Source: Tubiluchus corallicola (Eukaryota; Animalia; Priapulida). Taken from it: DNA of 64,000 nucleotides. The notes under the pieces are model-generated. The model was given only the letters and a program-made list of their open reading frames with translations. It did no database searches and was not told where the DNA came from. Position 1 is the stretch's first letter, and each line of letters starts with the position of its first letter. Shown here one piece after another: positions 1 to 12,816 of the stretch. Location: positions 108,175 to 172,174 of the forward strand of contig JAQGDQ010000477.1 in assembly GCA_030141605.1 (NCBI GenBank), in the 5' to 3' direction. Made by a program: the position numbers and the translations under genes.

Positions 1-227
1 TGAGGAATTTGTCAGAATAAACACGCAGTGTTAGTTATAAATCAGAAGCTGTGTGAAATTTCCACCTAAAGTTGTCTAGCCAATTGAAGAAACTTTTGGC
101 CAGTTATGACTTCTTATTAGTGGTGAAGTGGATCGGTGACCACGTCAGTGACGTAAAACGTGTTAAATGAGAAGTTTCTGCTGTTTGCCACTTTTATGTC
201 GAAAGGTCAATATATCAGCTTTACTCA

Positions 228-890
228 TCTCTTCCCTTCTCTTCTCTTTTTTGTCTTCTCGTCTCTTCTCTTCTCTTCTCTTCTTTACTCTACTCTAATC
301 TACTCTAATCTACTCTCTTCTCTTTTTTGTCTTCTATTCTCTTTTCTCGTCTCTTCTCTTTCCTTTCTTCTCGTCTCTTATCTTCACTTCTCTCATCTCC
401 TCTCCTCTCCTCTCCTCTTCTCTTCTCTTCTCTTCTCTACTTTTTTCTTCTCTTCTCTTCTCTTCTCTCGTCTTTTATTCTCGTTTCTTTTTCTTTTCTC
501 TTCCCTTTTCTTCACTTTTCTTTTCCTCTCTTTTCTTCTCATCTTATCTCATCCTTTCCCTTTCCATCCCTTCCCTTCTCTTTTTTTCTCTTCTCTTCTC
601 TTCCCTTTTCTTCTCTTCTCTTCTCTTCCCTTCTCTTCACTTCTCTTCTCTTCTCTTCTCTTCTATTCTTTACTCTACTCTCCTTTCTTCTCCTCTCTTC
701 CCTTCTCTTCTCTTCTCTTCACTTCTCTTCTCTTCTATTCTTTACTCTACTCTCCTTTCTTCTCCTCTCTTCCCTTTTCTTTTTTCTCTTCTCTTCTCCT
801 TCTTCACTTCTCTTCTCCCCCTTCTCTTCTCTCCTCTTCTGTTTTCTTCTTTTTCTTTCTTTCCCGCCATGCTCTCACCTACTCTGTTCT
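228..890. repeat. Pyrimidine-rich low-complexity repeat, (CTTCT)n-like
   Basis: Near-continuous C/T tract with CTTCT/CTCTT units; the S/L/F-rich ORFs over it are by-products. Confidence 0.95.
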
Positions 891-1101
891 TTTCTACTAA
901 AACAGATACTATTCCTACAATAAATATAACAATAACTAATTCTTCACATTTTCTGTGAAGCCAATTAGAGACACCCCCTCCCCCCTCCATCAAAACATCA
1001 TGTAAGTAACGCAAACTTGTAATTAAACACACCTTTCTCTTATAACAATTGTACGGTAAAGTGAATTTGGGTTGTTCCATGTTTATGCATGTGTTTTCCA
1101 G

Positions 1102-1318
1102 ACGTTCTGACCCAGTTTTACCAAGTAACTCCTCACCCGGGGGGATTTTTACTACTCCGCTAATATCAGTAAATGATCACATTCTGGTCTTTGGGCAACA
1201 TTTTTTACGAGACCGCTTATTGGCGCTTATAGACTCAACACTTCTCAAACCCAAGAGGTCCGAAATAGCCGCAAGTAGAAGTGCATTCCCAGTGGGACAC
1301 CCACAGAAACGTTGCTGA
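1102..1318 (+). CDS. Possible terminal coding exon of an unidentified gene
   Basis: Acceptor-like ttttccag ending at 1101, open frame RSDPVLPS...PQKRC*, higher GC than flanks; no family recognised. Confidence 0.2.
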
Positions 1319-1624
1319 CGTCTTTGCTCTTGCAACCGGATTAACTCATTTATACATTTCCTCGTGAGATGCTGAAGGTGATTCGTAAAATGAATTTAAA
1401 AATACATCAATTTCGACCAGTTTTTACTAATGAACTATGAACTATATTGTTTTATTTCACACATAAAACAGAGCACAATTATAAAAGTACCATTATATAT
1501 ATATATATATATACCATTTTTATTTGCACACGTGGTACAATCACACCAAAATATACAAACAGTTGAACAAGCAAAATAACATTAATTAACAAAATTAGCA
1601 AGTAATGTGAATATATACAATTAA

Positions 1625-2083
1625 CCCTTTCAGTCCCAAATTATTTTTTGAATAAAAAAAATTTTTTGGTTTGGTACTTTTGTTCAGTATGTCCATCTTG
1701 TTTACACATAATAATTATTTTTTTCTACCTGTGCCCGCGTGGTAAGTATAGCCTGTATCCCACGGGATACATTGGGATTCAATGGAAGCATAAAATGTGC
1801 TTCATTTTGCAACTGCTGATAATTTTTTAAAGTATTTAAGACATTTAGTATGCATGCTATGCTGATCTGTACAAAGTCATCTCTAAAGTACTGTACCTTG
1901 CGCAGTTTTTTATGCTATGTAGATTTTCTAGTTTGCCATTTTATCACCATTTTTAGTCTATTGTTATTGGCTTAAATCAAAATAACTATTAACAGATCAA
2001 ATAACTGTCAGTTTTAAAACTTTATTAATTTTAAAGGCAGAAAATATTCTCGTATCCCACGGGATACAACGGGTATGAAAGGG
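1625..2083 (+). mobile_element. piggyBac-like MITE, copy 1 (459 bp)
   Basis: TTAA|CCCTTTCA...TGAAAGGG|TTAA termini; near-identical inverted copy at 39843-40301. Confidence 0.9.
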
Positions 2084-3592
2084 TTAACTGAGAGTAAGGT
2101 ATGTTAGTATGGCGTACAACTCATTCCTGTCAAAAAAATCAAAACAATTACGTTCTAGAGAGCATATATAATTCTTTAATGAAATTTACAATCCGTATTT
2201 GTTCTTAGCTAGCATTACTTCTTACATCTAATGTACAAGAAAAAACTTTAGAAATAAAATTTTCATTTCTGTACAAAGTTTTGTACTCGTTACAAATAGA
2301 TAACAAATTATAACCCATTACAGAAGAGGCATTAAATCGAGAAAAATTTGCTCATATAAATAAGCAAATCTGATGTGTGAGGGGAATGTAGGACCTAGTG
2401 GTCATTTGTACACCCCCCCCCCTTACATACTAGATGGTATAATTAGTTCATGGGGCCTATAGAAGAATTATATATCTATTATTATTATTATATTAATGTA
2501 AAAAGACATAATGATGATTAGTATTAAGAAATTAGGATTAATTTAAACTGAGTTCGTCAGTAATTTGATATGGCGACTTACAAGCAAAACTGAAGAGGAA
2601 AGTAACAGTAAAAATAACTAATATTTGTAGTTAGTCAACTAATTTAGTCGACCAATTTCGACTAAAACTTACAAAATATCTTCCTAGTTTTTTAGGGCAG
2701 CATAAAATAACAGCATGAATATTATTTCGACGTGACTAAGCTCATGCTGTTTCCGTGTTATACATGTTTTGGAAAAAATTGTTTTTCAAAAGTAAGTTTC
2801 CATAATATCCATATTTCCATACACTTTGCGCAAAGGCAACTACGAACAAATTCATATAGTTTTAGTATAGACAAAGTTAGCGTATCATAGAAAAATAATA
2901 AATAATATTCTTTTTTTAAACACTTAAAATGTGATGGGCGACTATTTCAGTTATATCGCAGTAATTACCCCTCCCCCCATATACATTTGTTATATTATAT
3001 ATATATATATATATATGCATTAATAATTATGCAAGATAATTAATTGCAGGCTTACACGCAGTCTCAGTTGTACAAGCAACAAATACGAGCAGAAACCAGT
3101 GCACTCATTGCACTGTACAAGTAGACATGTCAGAATTAATGTCATCATTTCATATACACACACATTCAACGTCTATTACATAAACCTAATAATTTATTAC
3201 GTGCTCATGCAGTCCATTCAATATGACCTTCCCCGGGGGCATTTTATGCGAGCCAAGCTTGTTATAAATTGATGATGACTTGACCATTTTGCTAATGCTA
3301 AACACAATTATTAGCCACGCACCTGTAATTTGGCACGAACAGCATTGGCGGCCCAGTAAGGTCTGGCAGCTGTGAGGCGTGAATGGCTACATTCTTGGAA
3401 TATATAGAAACTGATGATTAAGAGCTCTAGTCAATGTAAGCAACATTATTTTTAAAAACTAACCCTTCTTTGAGAGTCGAGGTTGAATAAACGAACAGAA
3501 TTTTAACTCTGAATTATTAATGAAAGTAAAATAGAGACAGAGGGGCATAGAAGGAGATGATTTAAAGCTGCCCTTTGGCAGAATTGAGAAAA

Positions 3593-4012
3593 GTGACAAA
3601 AGTGCATGCTTGGCCACGTAGTTAAGCAGTGGGTTGGTAGTAATAAATGGGTGGTAGCTTCTGGTTGAATTTATCTGTCATGCTGCTCCCATTTATTTCT
3701 CTTGTCAAGGATTAATGTATTTGAACGAGTGACAAAAGTGCATGCTTGGCCACGTAGTTAAGCAATGTCGGGTTTGGATAGTAAGTAAATGGGTGGTAGC
3801 TTCTGGTTGAATTTATCTGTCATGCTGCTCCCATTTATTTCTCTTGTCAAGGATTAATGTATTTGAACGAGTGACAAAAGTGCATGCTTGGCCACGTAGT
3901 TAAGCACGGTGGGGCTTGGTTAGTAAATAAATGGGTGGTAGCTTCTGGTTGAATTCATCTGCCATGCTGCCCCCATTTATTTCTCCTGTCAAGGATTAAT
4001 GTATCTGAACGA
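3593..4012. repeat. Tandem triplication of a ~136-142 bp hairpin-rich unit
   Basis: Units begin GTGACAAAAGTGCATGC at 3593, 3729 and 3871. Confidence 0.9.
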
Positions 4013-4202
4013 GTCGTCTAATACACACCTGTGTCGATGCCTCATTTTAGTATACTATCTTTGGTGATAACATAGATTCCGGTACCGCTACAAGCATACT
4101 TAAGTACACTCTGCCTTAGAGTGCCGACGTGTATAAAATAGCGGGTTTATTAGCAGCATAAATAATAGGCCTAAATGGTAAATAATGAGAGTTAACAAAC
4201 GG

Positions 4203-4262
4203 CAGCAACAAGAACAAGAAGAAGAAGAAGAAGAAGAAGAAGAAGGGAAGAAGAAGAAGAAC
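4203..4262. repeat. (GAA)n microsatellite
   Basis: Seen directly. Confidence 0.85.
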
Positions 4263-5711
4263 AATGAGCAGCGATTTGAATCGAACCCTCGACCAAAAAC
4301 ATTTGATTGTCCACGGATTAAAAAAGACAGGACGATTTTTCAAATGCTGCCCCATTTTCAAGTGCGATAAAAATATACATTTTAACACAATTGATACTGC
4401 AAAAGCGTTCCTGATAATTAAATAATAATTTAAATACTTAATTAATGGCGGGTGAGGCCAACTATTGATGACATCGTAAACTAACATAATTTTCAACAGC
4501 AAAAATATTCCACGAGCGTGTTGCACGAGTTTGCAAAAGCGAAAATTGAAATACAGCGCTACTGTAAGATATTCAGTGTGTTGTAATAAAACTAAGTAGG
4601 TTTTAAAATAAAAATTCAAATTTCAAATTTACTGTGTTCACGCATGAGCTGCCGAACGTGTGTAGTTTATCACAAACTAACACATCCGAACTGAGAGGTA
4701 CAGCACCTGTTTTTTGTTCAATGCGTTTCCGAAATGCAGGCGCTAGTGCCCGTCTAACTAGCGAATAGCGAAAGGCATGAAACAGCGAAGAACTAGTGAC
4801 GCGAACGTGAAATTGTGTTTGTGTGGTAATAATTGTTTCACCTAAGTCATTTTTAAAAAAAATAGTATAATATAATTCCTTTTATTATTTTAAAGAGTAG
4901 ATTGTTTTGACCTACAGTTTGTCATTGGGTCCAGTTTTGCTTTAAGAGAACGAGTGACTGCAAAACGCATGCCATTCGGAAATCTTTCGATAAACTTGCG
5001 GTCTTATAGCATTGAAATAACTGTAGGGGGAAGGCTTAGGCTTACCTCTTTCGAAAAAAACCAGCTGAGCAGCACAACTGAGCAGCATCAATACCCAACA
5101 GTTTATCTTTAATGACCTAATAACATGACTAAGACTAACTAATTAGACTATACTAGAATCGTACGTAAATTACGTAATAGCAGATGTTTATACATACATA
5201 TCAATTTTCCGTTATCTTTGATCATATGTACAACAGTACAATAAAAGGGTTGTTGTTATTTGTTATGCCGCGCCATCTATTATAAAAAAATCAAACTTTG
5301 TGCGCCTTTACTACGAAATATTTTCCACTTTTGCCTAAATATTCGTAACCATATCAGCAATATACCTAGCTTTTTAGACTGGTGGAGATATTGTATGTTT
5401 AACTAAACCTCAAGACTCATATCTTTCATGCACCAACGGCAGACAGCACCTGCTGATGTCTGGAGAAACGTTGACTTTCTCAATGCGTCTGGGTCGAGTG
5501 TCTGGGCATATTATGCTTCAAACGCTTGCAGCTTTTCCCTCAGCATTGTAAACCTTAGAATTCATTTTGAATCTGATGCTTATAACGGTCGAAATTGACA
5601 TTATAATATACACATATCTAGCAGGTCGGTTATAAACGCCTATCAGAGACGTGAAGCTGCTTGAGAAAGTTGCGTATTGACAGAAATATTTGATATCATT
5701 TATAGTTTCGA

Positions 5712-5894
5712 CATCGTCATCATCATCGCCATCACCATCGCCATTATCACCAACATCATCATCATCATTATCATCATCATCACCACGACCGCCACCATAC
5801 ATCATCATCAGCAGTAGCGTTCATCATCAAAGTGTAGTAGCAGCAGTAGTAGTAGTACTCGTAGTAGTCGTAGTAGTAGTAGTAGTAGTAGTAG

Positions 5895-5930
<36 letters not shown>
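5712..5930. repeat. Compound (CAT)n / (GTA)n / (CTA)n microsatellite
   Basis: Seen directly; the (GTA)n and (CTA)n blocks are reverse complements of each other. Confidence 0.9.
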
Positions 5931-5932
<2 letters not shown>

Positions 5933-7423
5933 ATTTACTTAAAAAAATTTGTCAAAATGAACAACAACTTCTCTGTGAAGTAAATTTGGTAGCATAAAGC
6001 TGAATCTTTTTCAATGCGCCTCTCTTCTAAAGACGTTAGGTTTAGAAACTCCAGACGCTTAGGAAGTGGCACATACATTAAATTCATCTAAAAAAGAGGC
6101 GACGAGTAAGAGGCAACTCTTACCACAGTCGGCTACGTGTTTGGCATCTGGCTCGCCAAGCGACCTTAACCTCCATCGAGAATTTATTCTGTGCCATTTT
6201 AACCTTTGCCATTGGCCATAAGCAGCTTGCTAACAAGTTTTTATGAATGAAATTGGGTGGTGTAACATACCATTTCTGAAAGATGTAAAACACCCCAGGC
6301 TCTTCCACGTCGCTATACGTCCAACCATTTGGAATTTTTCTAGGCATTATTGTTGCGTTGTGATTAAAACTGAAAGGCGGTTAGCACTTATTTTATTAAC
6401 TGGTATAACCACTTATAGAAAATAGGGTTGCCACCACTCGGAGATTCCTGAAATTCAGCCATAGATTCGTAGTTCTGTCGAATTTTTGAATAATTATGAA
6501 ATCTCCTGACTTTGAGCATCCAATTGAAATTTAAATGGAAAAAAGTGGAAAAACAACTTGTTTGCTCATGACATTTTGCAAAAGATTAAGCCAAAAAATA
6601 GCTGAATTTCTGTTAATTAAGATAACAGTAAACTTGTTAAATTAAGTTTAACCGGTTGCATCGTTTCTTCTCCCCCCCCCCCCCCTACATTTTTCGCCGA
6701 TTTCTGTTGCAGCGACAAATACTGCAAAGCAAGTATACTTCCGTTTCAATTTTACTTCAGATAACGTAAAGTGGTTAAATAATTTGATTGCTAAACCGAT
6801 CCTAGTAACCCCAGAAAACATGAGAAGTGGGACTGGGAAAAAACTGCAAAAACTGATGTACCTGCTTGCACTTTTGTGCGTTTTAGGGCTTTTTGTAGTC
6901 CAACATACAGAATATGTACTACTTTGTAGTTTGAATTTCTTGCTTTTAGTTTCTAAAAAAACACATTTGAAATGCAGGTAATGCTTTATTTCCTGGGCTC
7001 CGTCCCGGGGCTCACCGAGGGAGCCTACGGGCCCCAGACGTCTTACTATGTCTTACTTTGTAAATATCTTTGAGTGTGACGAATGCATTACGAATCGGAC
7101 ATGGAGGTAAATACAACAAATACAACATGGAGGTAAATACAACAAACACAACATGGAGGTAAATACAACACCCAGAATGATCTCGGATGTAAACAACGCT
7201 TAGAAATTTTTACTGGGAACGAGTCGTGAAAGCAAAGCAAAACAGGTACGATTGAACGAAAAAGAAAGAGTGTTAAAAGCTGTAAAAGATCTTTTATCTT
7301 CTACACAGCGTATACGTACACATAAAGCTGTCGAACGGTTGTAAAAGTCAGTCATAGGTGTGCCTGACAACTGCTTTACATTTATTACACGGCTGTGATA
7401 AAGAATAAAAGCGATAATGTTTG

Positions 7424-7785
<362 letters not shown>

Positions 7786-8596
7786 TTTCTAACTATATAT
7801 TTTGGCAAGATTTATTTTTAGTCACGTGATACGGTTTTCTAGCATTTGCGTAGAAAAGTAGATTATCGGGCCTGTTGATTATTATTATAGAATTTCAATA
7901 TAATTTCATAGTTAAATTAGCAAACTGCATCCATACTGTACGAAGTCTCGAAACTTTGGTGAAGTGCACCACAAAAGTGACAAGAATAATCAGTTTAAAG
8001 TTTTTCAGACTCTTAGAATGCACGCAGAGTCTGCAGACCTCGCACCTGTTGTTGGTAAACTGAAGTGCATTGCATAGACTACACTAGTATATGTAGAGTA
8101 ATTCACACTCTTGTGTGCTCATTCTATAAAAGACGCGCTTTCTAAAAGCCATTTTGTTTGGTCGACCTTCTAAGTTGTTCTACAAAAAACCGAGGGTAGG
8201 GTGCAATTAAAGAGGAAAGCCGAGTTTTGAATGGACTTTGCGGACACCACGCAGGGAAATTTTGTAAAATTGCCGCGACGCTGCCGTTAGAAATGACCGG
8301 CAGCAGCGACAGACCTCTCATCTATGGAAAGTGGTTTTCTGGGAGACGCAAAGTGCTGTAAATAGTACCTTTTCTTTACTCCCATTCACAGATCTTACAT
8401 TCAAACATCGCAGCCTCCAAGGAAACGATAACGTAGAAATTAGAGCCGTTTCGTTTTATCAACACGCAACACGCAACACGCAACACGCAAATTTCGGCGT
8501 TGCACGGTACCTCCTTGCCAAAGTGAAATTTTTTAATGACTATTAAGAAGCAGAACAACTTACTGACAGAAATTTGTTAAGAACTAAATATTTTAA

Positions 8597-9257
8597 AGCA
8601 CAAGAAAACCCCTCATAAAGCTTAAAAAATTCATCTCGAAATTTTATACCACTTACATACTACCTTTTCGTATGCAAGGCTTGCATCGGCCGTAACGCTG
8701 TATAAAACATGTAAATTTAAATTCTAGCGATGACCGTTAGGCGCAGCCATTTTAATGGTAGGTTGTTTGAAACAAGTTTTGATAACATTAAGTAAAGTTT
8801 GAAAAATAATCAGAGCATTTGTAGCATTTATGTTGCTAATTAAGTAAAATCTTAAATGACTGTATCTTGTCAATAAGATTAAAAATACGTTTTTGGCTAG
8901 TAAGTGGCGCACCCTGGAGGGTGAGTCAGCGACATTTTACCAATTGGCACATATATTTTAAATTATTAGTCTAGTTACATAAATCTTTCCAGCAGGTAAG
9001 TGAAGTGCTAAGCAATATAGATTTGCACAGAAAGTTTTTGGGTCATAATGTAACAATGCTTTTTCTTCCCGTGATTTACGTGGCGTAGTGAAGTCATGTA
9101 ATGGCGCCGTCGGAACAGTATTGAGGGAGATTTAAAATAAAAAAAAACGAAAATTCCTTTCAACGCGAGTACGATATGTGCATAAAATTATTGTAAAGTA
9201 ATAGAATTTTTAAGGCGATTTTCTAAGACCTACTTCAGGTACCCCTTTTCTTGTCCT
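8597..9257 (+). mobile_element. Non-autonomous TIR element, Kolobok-like, copy 1
   Basis: TTAA|AGCACAAGAAAA...TTTTCTTGTCCT|TTAA; RR termini with TTAA target; homologous inverted copy at 44833-45745. Confidence 0.75.
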
Positions 9258-9654
9258 TTAACCCCAACAAACCATTTACTATCATTCGTTTTGAAATTCT
9301 TAATCTTCAACTCAAGTGTCAAGGTTGCAGTATTTAATCTCGAAAAAAGTATGACACACTTAATACTCAACTTGTTTTACGTGACCGTTCAAGGTAAATT
9401 TCTGTTACAAAACACGTCACGAACTGTACGCGCATTACTGATAGTCAGTGTCGTTGAGCAGAAGTGTTTGGAGAGATTTTTACGTCAGAGTATTGAATGT
9501 TGCACATGTATTTAGTCTGTCGCATCTAAAAAAATAGTATGGGTGCTCAGTTATGATGAACAATGATAGCAAAATACTACAAAATTATCATACATAAGGA
9601 TGAACCAAGTAATTGATAACGTATGCAAGAGCCATAGTTGTATTGCTACTGTAT

Positions 9655-10132
9655 TACGAGGGCTTACTGTACGTTAAGCGAGGAGTTACTGCACGTTAAG
9701 CGAGGACTTACTGTACGTTAAGCGAGGACTTACTGTACGTTAAGCGAGGAGTTACTGCATGTAAAGCGAGGACTTACTGTACGTTAAGCGAGGACTTACT
9801 GTACGTTAAGCGAGGACTTACTGTACGTTAAGCGAGGAGTTACTGCATGTAAAGCGAGGACTTACTGTACGTTAAGCGAGGAGTTACTGCACGTAAAGCG
9901 AGGACTTACTGTACGTTAAGCGAGGGCTTACTGTACGTTAAGCGAGGAGTTACTGTACGTTAAGCGAGGAGTTACTGCATGTAAAGCGAGGACTTACTGT
10001 ACGTTAAGCGAGGGCTTACTGTACGTTAAGCGAGGAGTTACTGTACGTTAAGCGAGGAGTTACTGCATGTAAAGCGAGGACTTACTGTACGTTAAGCGAG
10101 GAGTTACTTCTGTTAAGTGAGGACTTACTGTA
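9655..10132. repeat. 22-bp minisatellite (GAGGACTTACTGTACGTTAAGC)n
   Basis: About 21 tandem units. Confidence 0.95.
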
Positions 10133-11221
10133 CTTTGTTTAAATGTTTTAGGTAGTAAACATATCATTCATAATGTTTGATGTGGAATACGATCGATATT
10201 GTACTGCTGATGCACTTTACGTCTACGATGGTGCTCTGTGGTACCGTTCATAGAGTAAAATGATTTAAATCAGACTAGACGATCATTTTAGTACAAGACC
10301 AAAATGGCACTAGATCACACCTGCTAGCAGACGCGTACCGCACATGGACAATTTTCACGAAAAACGAGCATTTTAATAAATCTCCAGACAAAAAGTTCCT
10401 CGCCATTTCGTGAAACTGTCTGTACTGTTTTTATGATTACATCTGAAGCCAGAGGAATCATCTGCAGTCTGTTCATCTAAGTAACCCAACTCCTCTGCTT
10501 GCAAAACTAATAAGTCTTTTCACACTTCCAGCGATTGATGATGATCGTGAAAAGGTCAAAGGTTCAGTGTACTAAACAACTGATTTGTGTACACTTTACA
10601 ACGCCTCGCAGGCCAAGCTATTGTAATAGTAACCGTTTTAACAGCTAATTAGAATCTTCCTTATTTCATTTTCTCTTGTTCCCAAGATCCTGCTAGTAAA
10701 TCACTACGCACAGACTAATGTATAATTAAGTAAAACAACTGAAAATACTGAACTGGTGCGGCAGACGCTTTGCTTTGTGCACATATCCAGCGCGGTTGTA
10801 GTTAAGACGCGTTGCTGTGGGACACTTAACTTTTGACCTACAGCAACTGCGCATGCGCGCAACGAAACTCGAAAGGATTATTGCCAAGCGACAAATTACT
10901 AGTATCTTGTCCACAGTGCGAAGTATTTGATAATAAATGAACTTTTATATGACAATCTTATAAGATATGTTCATGTGAGGCTCGTATTCATCCCGAGGAC
11001 CATAAAAATCATTTTATTAAGCAATATATCACTGTATTCAGTAATTGTACAACAGTAATGTATAAGCATTAAGCAACCTTGTGTTAGCACTAGTTCAGAA
11101 GGAACCATAACAAACAAAATTATTAGTGCTACAACATAAAATATCTCAGCACGGAATTTATTTTTCACAACACATCTTTTTATGATGCCTTTTAATACGT
11201 TCTAAAATATTTTGACCACTT

Positions 11222-12580
11222 TCATGACGTTCTTGGTACCTCCGGTAACGCACAGATCTTGTTGTGGACAGGAATGGCGACGAAACCAGCAAGACAGATA
11301 CCCAAAGTATCAGCAACACTTGCAACGCCAAGGCTAAATTCTCTCACTTCCTCTTCCGCCTCATCCGACAGCTTAATAAATGAATTCACGTAAGCTGATC
11401 CGCCTAATAGTCCTTCGTACAAAATTATACAACATACTAACCAAAACGGAACAAACATGTACACTGCGTCAATTGTGAAAAACGTCGCGTTTACTAATTG
11501 CAAAGCGGGAAAAATCCAGATTTTCTTTGTGCGATAATAACTTCCTGATGATCGGGAGATGAACACCCCTAGCTGATAACTGACTTGATACCAGCGATAT
11601 TGAGCGCCTATTGATAGCCAGTTAATGTTCCTGAAGGTTACTAATTCAAACAAAGCCTGGTTGATATAGTACTCAGCAAAATATACAAGAAACAACGGAA
11701 TCATGTACTTATGCAAAGGCGGAATCAACTTCAGCCTTTCTAATGTTGACAGTTTGCTGACATAATCGCTAGGACCAGGCTGATGTTCTGGTTTTGCAGT
11801 AGTATTACTCTTTACACCTCTTACACCTTCTTGCTTCAAACCGTCTACTTCTGACGACTTAGGCGTAAGTTGAGGATGGCTCAACAATGGTAGCTTGTCA
11901 CCTTCTGAACAATTTCGACCGTTAGTTGAAGTTAGTATTACATAATAACTAAGACTCATAACAATCGGGACAAAAAGCATGACTAGAATTGCATGACGGG
12001 GTGTTAGCCCCGCACCGGTTAGCCCTGCGTACGATAAAGCTCCAAATAGGGCTGCTCCACCCGTCCCAGACGACCATGTGGCTAATGTATTTCTCTCGTA
12101 CAACGCCGTGAGACTCAAGAATGTTAATTCTCCAAGACCAAAGCAAATGCTGGCACAAACAACACCAAGTACGCTCATCCAAATTGCAACAGAACTTGCA
12201 ACAATGATGAAGCTTGCACCAGAAAAAAATATGCACATTGGCACCCTGACTCTGTAGTGTATTCTGTGTATGTAGAATGCAGCAGAAAGTCTTACGAACA
12301 GACACGGCAGTATGTCAGCCAAGAGGATGGCTCCTGTAGACATTGGATTGCATGTCCTACCACTAGGCGCGGGCGCCCTAGTAACTGTAACATTCGAAAC
12401 CTGTCTTGTAAACTTTGTCTTTTGCATACTCAGTATGTCATAAGCTGAGCTTAGCATTACTATGTAACTTATATTGTTACACAAACCCAGGAACCAAAAT
12501 CCGATCAAATTTCGTCGTTCGATAATAAATTTTCTCAACCCTCCTTCTTTCATAGTTCTCTTTTCCTCAGAAAACTCCAT
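11222..12580 (-). CDS. CLN3: Battenin (CLN3/Btn1 family lysosomal MFS-like membrane protein), 452 aa, no coding introns
   Basis: Family motifs FWFLGLCNN..Y.VMLSSAYDIL, STGAILLADILP, GLGELTFL, WSSGTGGA, YMIPLFLVYFAEYYINQ, QYRWYQVSYQLGVFISRSS, YEGLLGGSAYVN; acidic dileucine DKLPLL in the large loop. Confidence 0.97.
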   Translation of the reverse strand: MEFSEEKRTMKEGGLRKFIIERRNLIGFWFLGLCNNISYIVMLSSAYDILSMQKTKFTRQVSNVTVTRAPAPSGRTCNPMSTGAILLADILPCLFVRLSAAFYIHRIHYRVRVPMCIFFSGASFIIVASSVAIWMSVLGVVCASICFGLGELTFLSLTALYERNTLATWSSGTGGAALFGALSYAGLTGAGLTPRHAILVMLFVPIVMSLSYYVILTSTNGRNCSEGDKLPLLSHPQLTPKSSEVDGLKQEGVRGVKSNTTAKPEHQPGPSDYVSKLSTLERLKLIPPLHKYMIPLFLVYFAEYYINQALFELVTFRNINWLSIGAQYRWYQVSYQLGVFISRSSGSYYRTKKIWIFPALQLVNATFFTIDAVYMFVPFWLVCCIILYEGLLGGSAYVNSFIKLSDEAEEEVREFSLGVASVADTLGICLAGFVAIPVHNKICALPEVPRTS

Positions 12581-12684
12581 GTCGACAGATCAGAATGCTC
12601 CGCTTCGCATAACTGCGTCTACTGAAGCAACTGGTTTCTTAAGTTACACGCTTTTTGTTGTCCATGTCACAGCACCAGTTGCCA

Positions 12685-12697
12685 CACGTGACGTCAC
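12685..12697 (-). promoter_or_regulatory. Composite CLEAR-like E-box (GTCACGTG) overlapping a CRE (TGACGTCA) upstream of CLN3
   Basis: Plus strand CACGTGACGTCAC, about 105 bp upstream of the CLN3 ATG. Confidence 0.55.
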
Positions 12698-12816
12698 AAA
12701 CGCTTCCAACATTCTTTACAATAAAGAGAAATTGCATAGCGAAAACAAAACAGCAGATTCTATGGTATATTTTGGGCCTGCAGAAAAATGTATGTTTAAA
12801 GAATATAACTTACAAT

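Noticed and set aside
160-1080. Hydrophobic S/L/F-rich ORFs resembling membrane proteins
   Set aside because: Translations of the (CTTCT)n low-complexity tract
3940-4005. Resemblance to the 5' end of 18S rRNA (CTGGTTGA..CTGCCA..TCAA.GATTAA)
   Set aside because: Only short scattered word matches with wrong spacing, and no further rRNA sequence
9655-10132. CRISPR-like appearance of the short regular repeats (also 41398-41990 and 46638-47442)
   Set aside because: Head-to-tail units with no unique spacers, no cas genes, eukaryotic context
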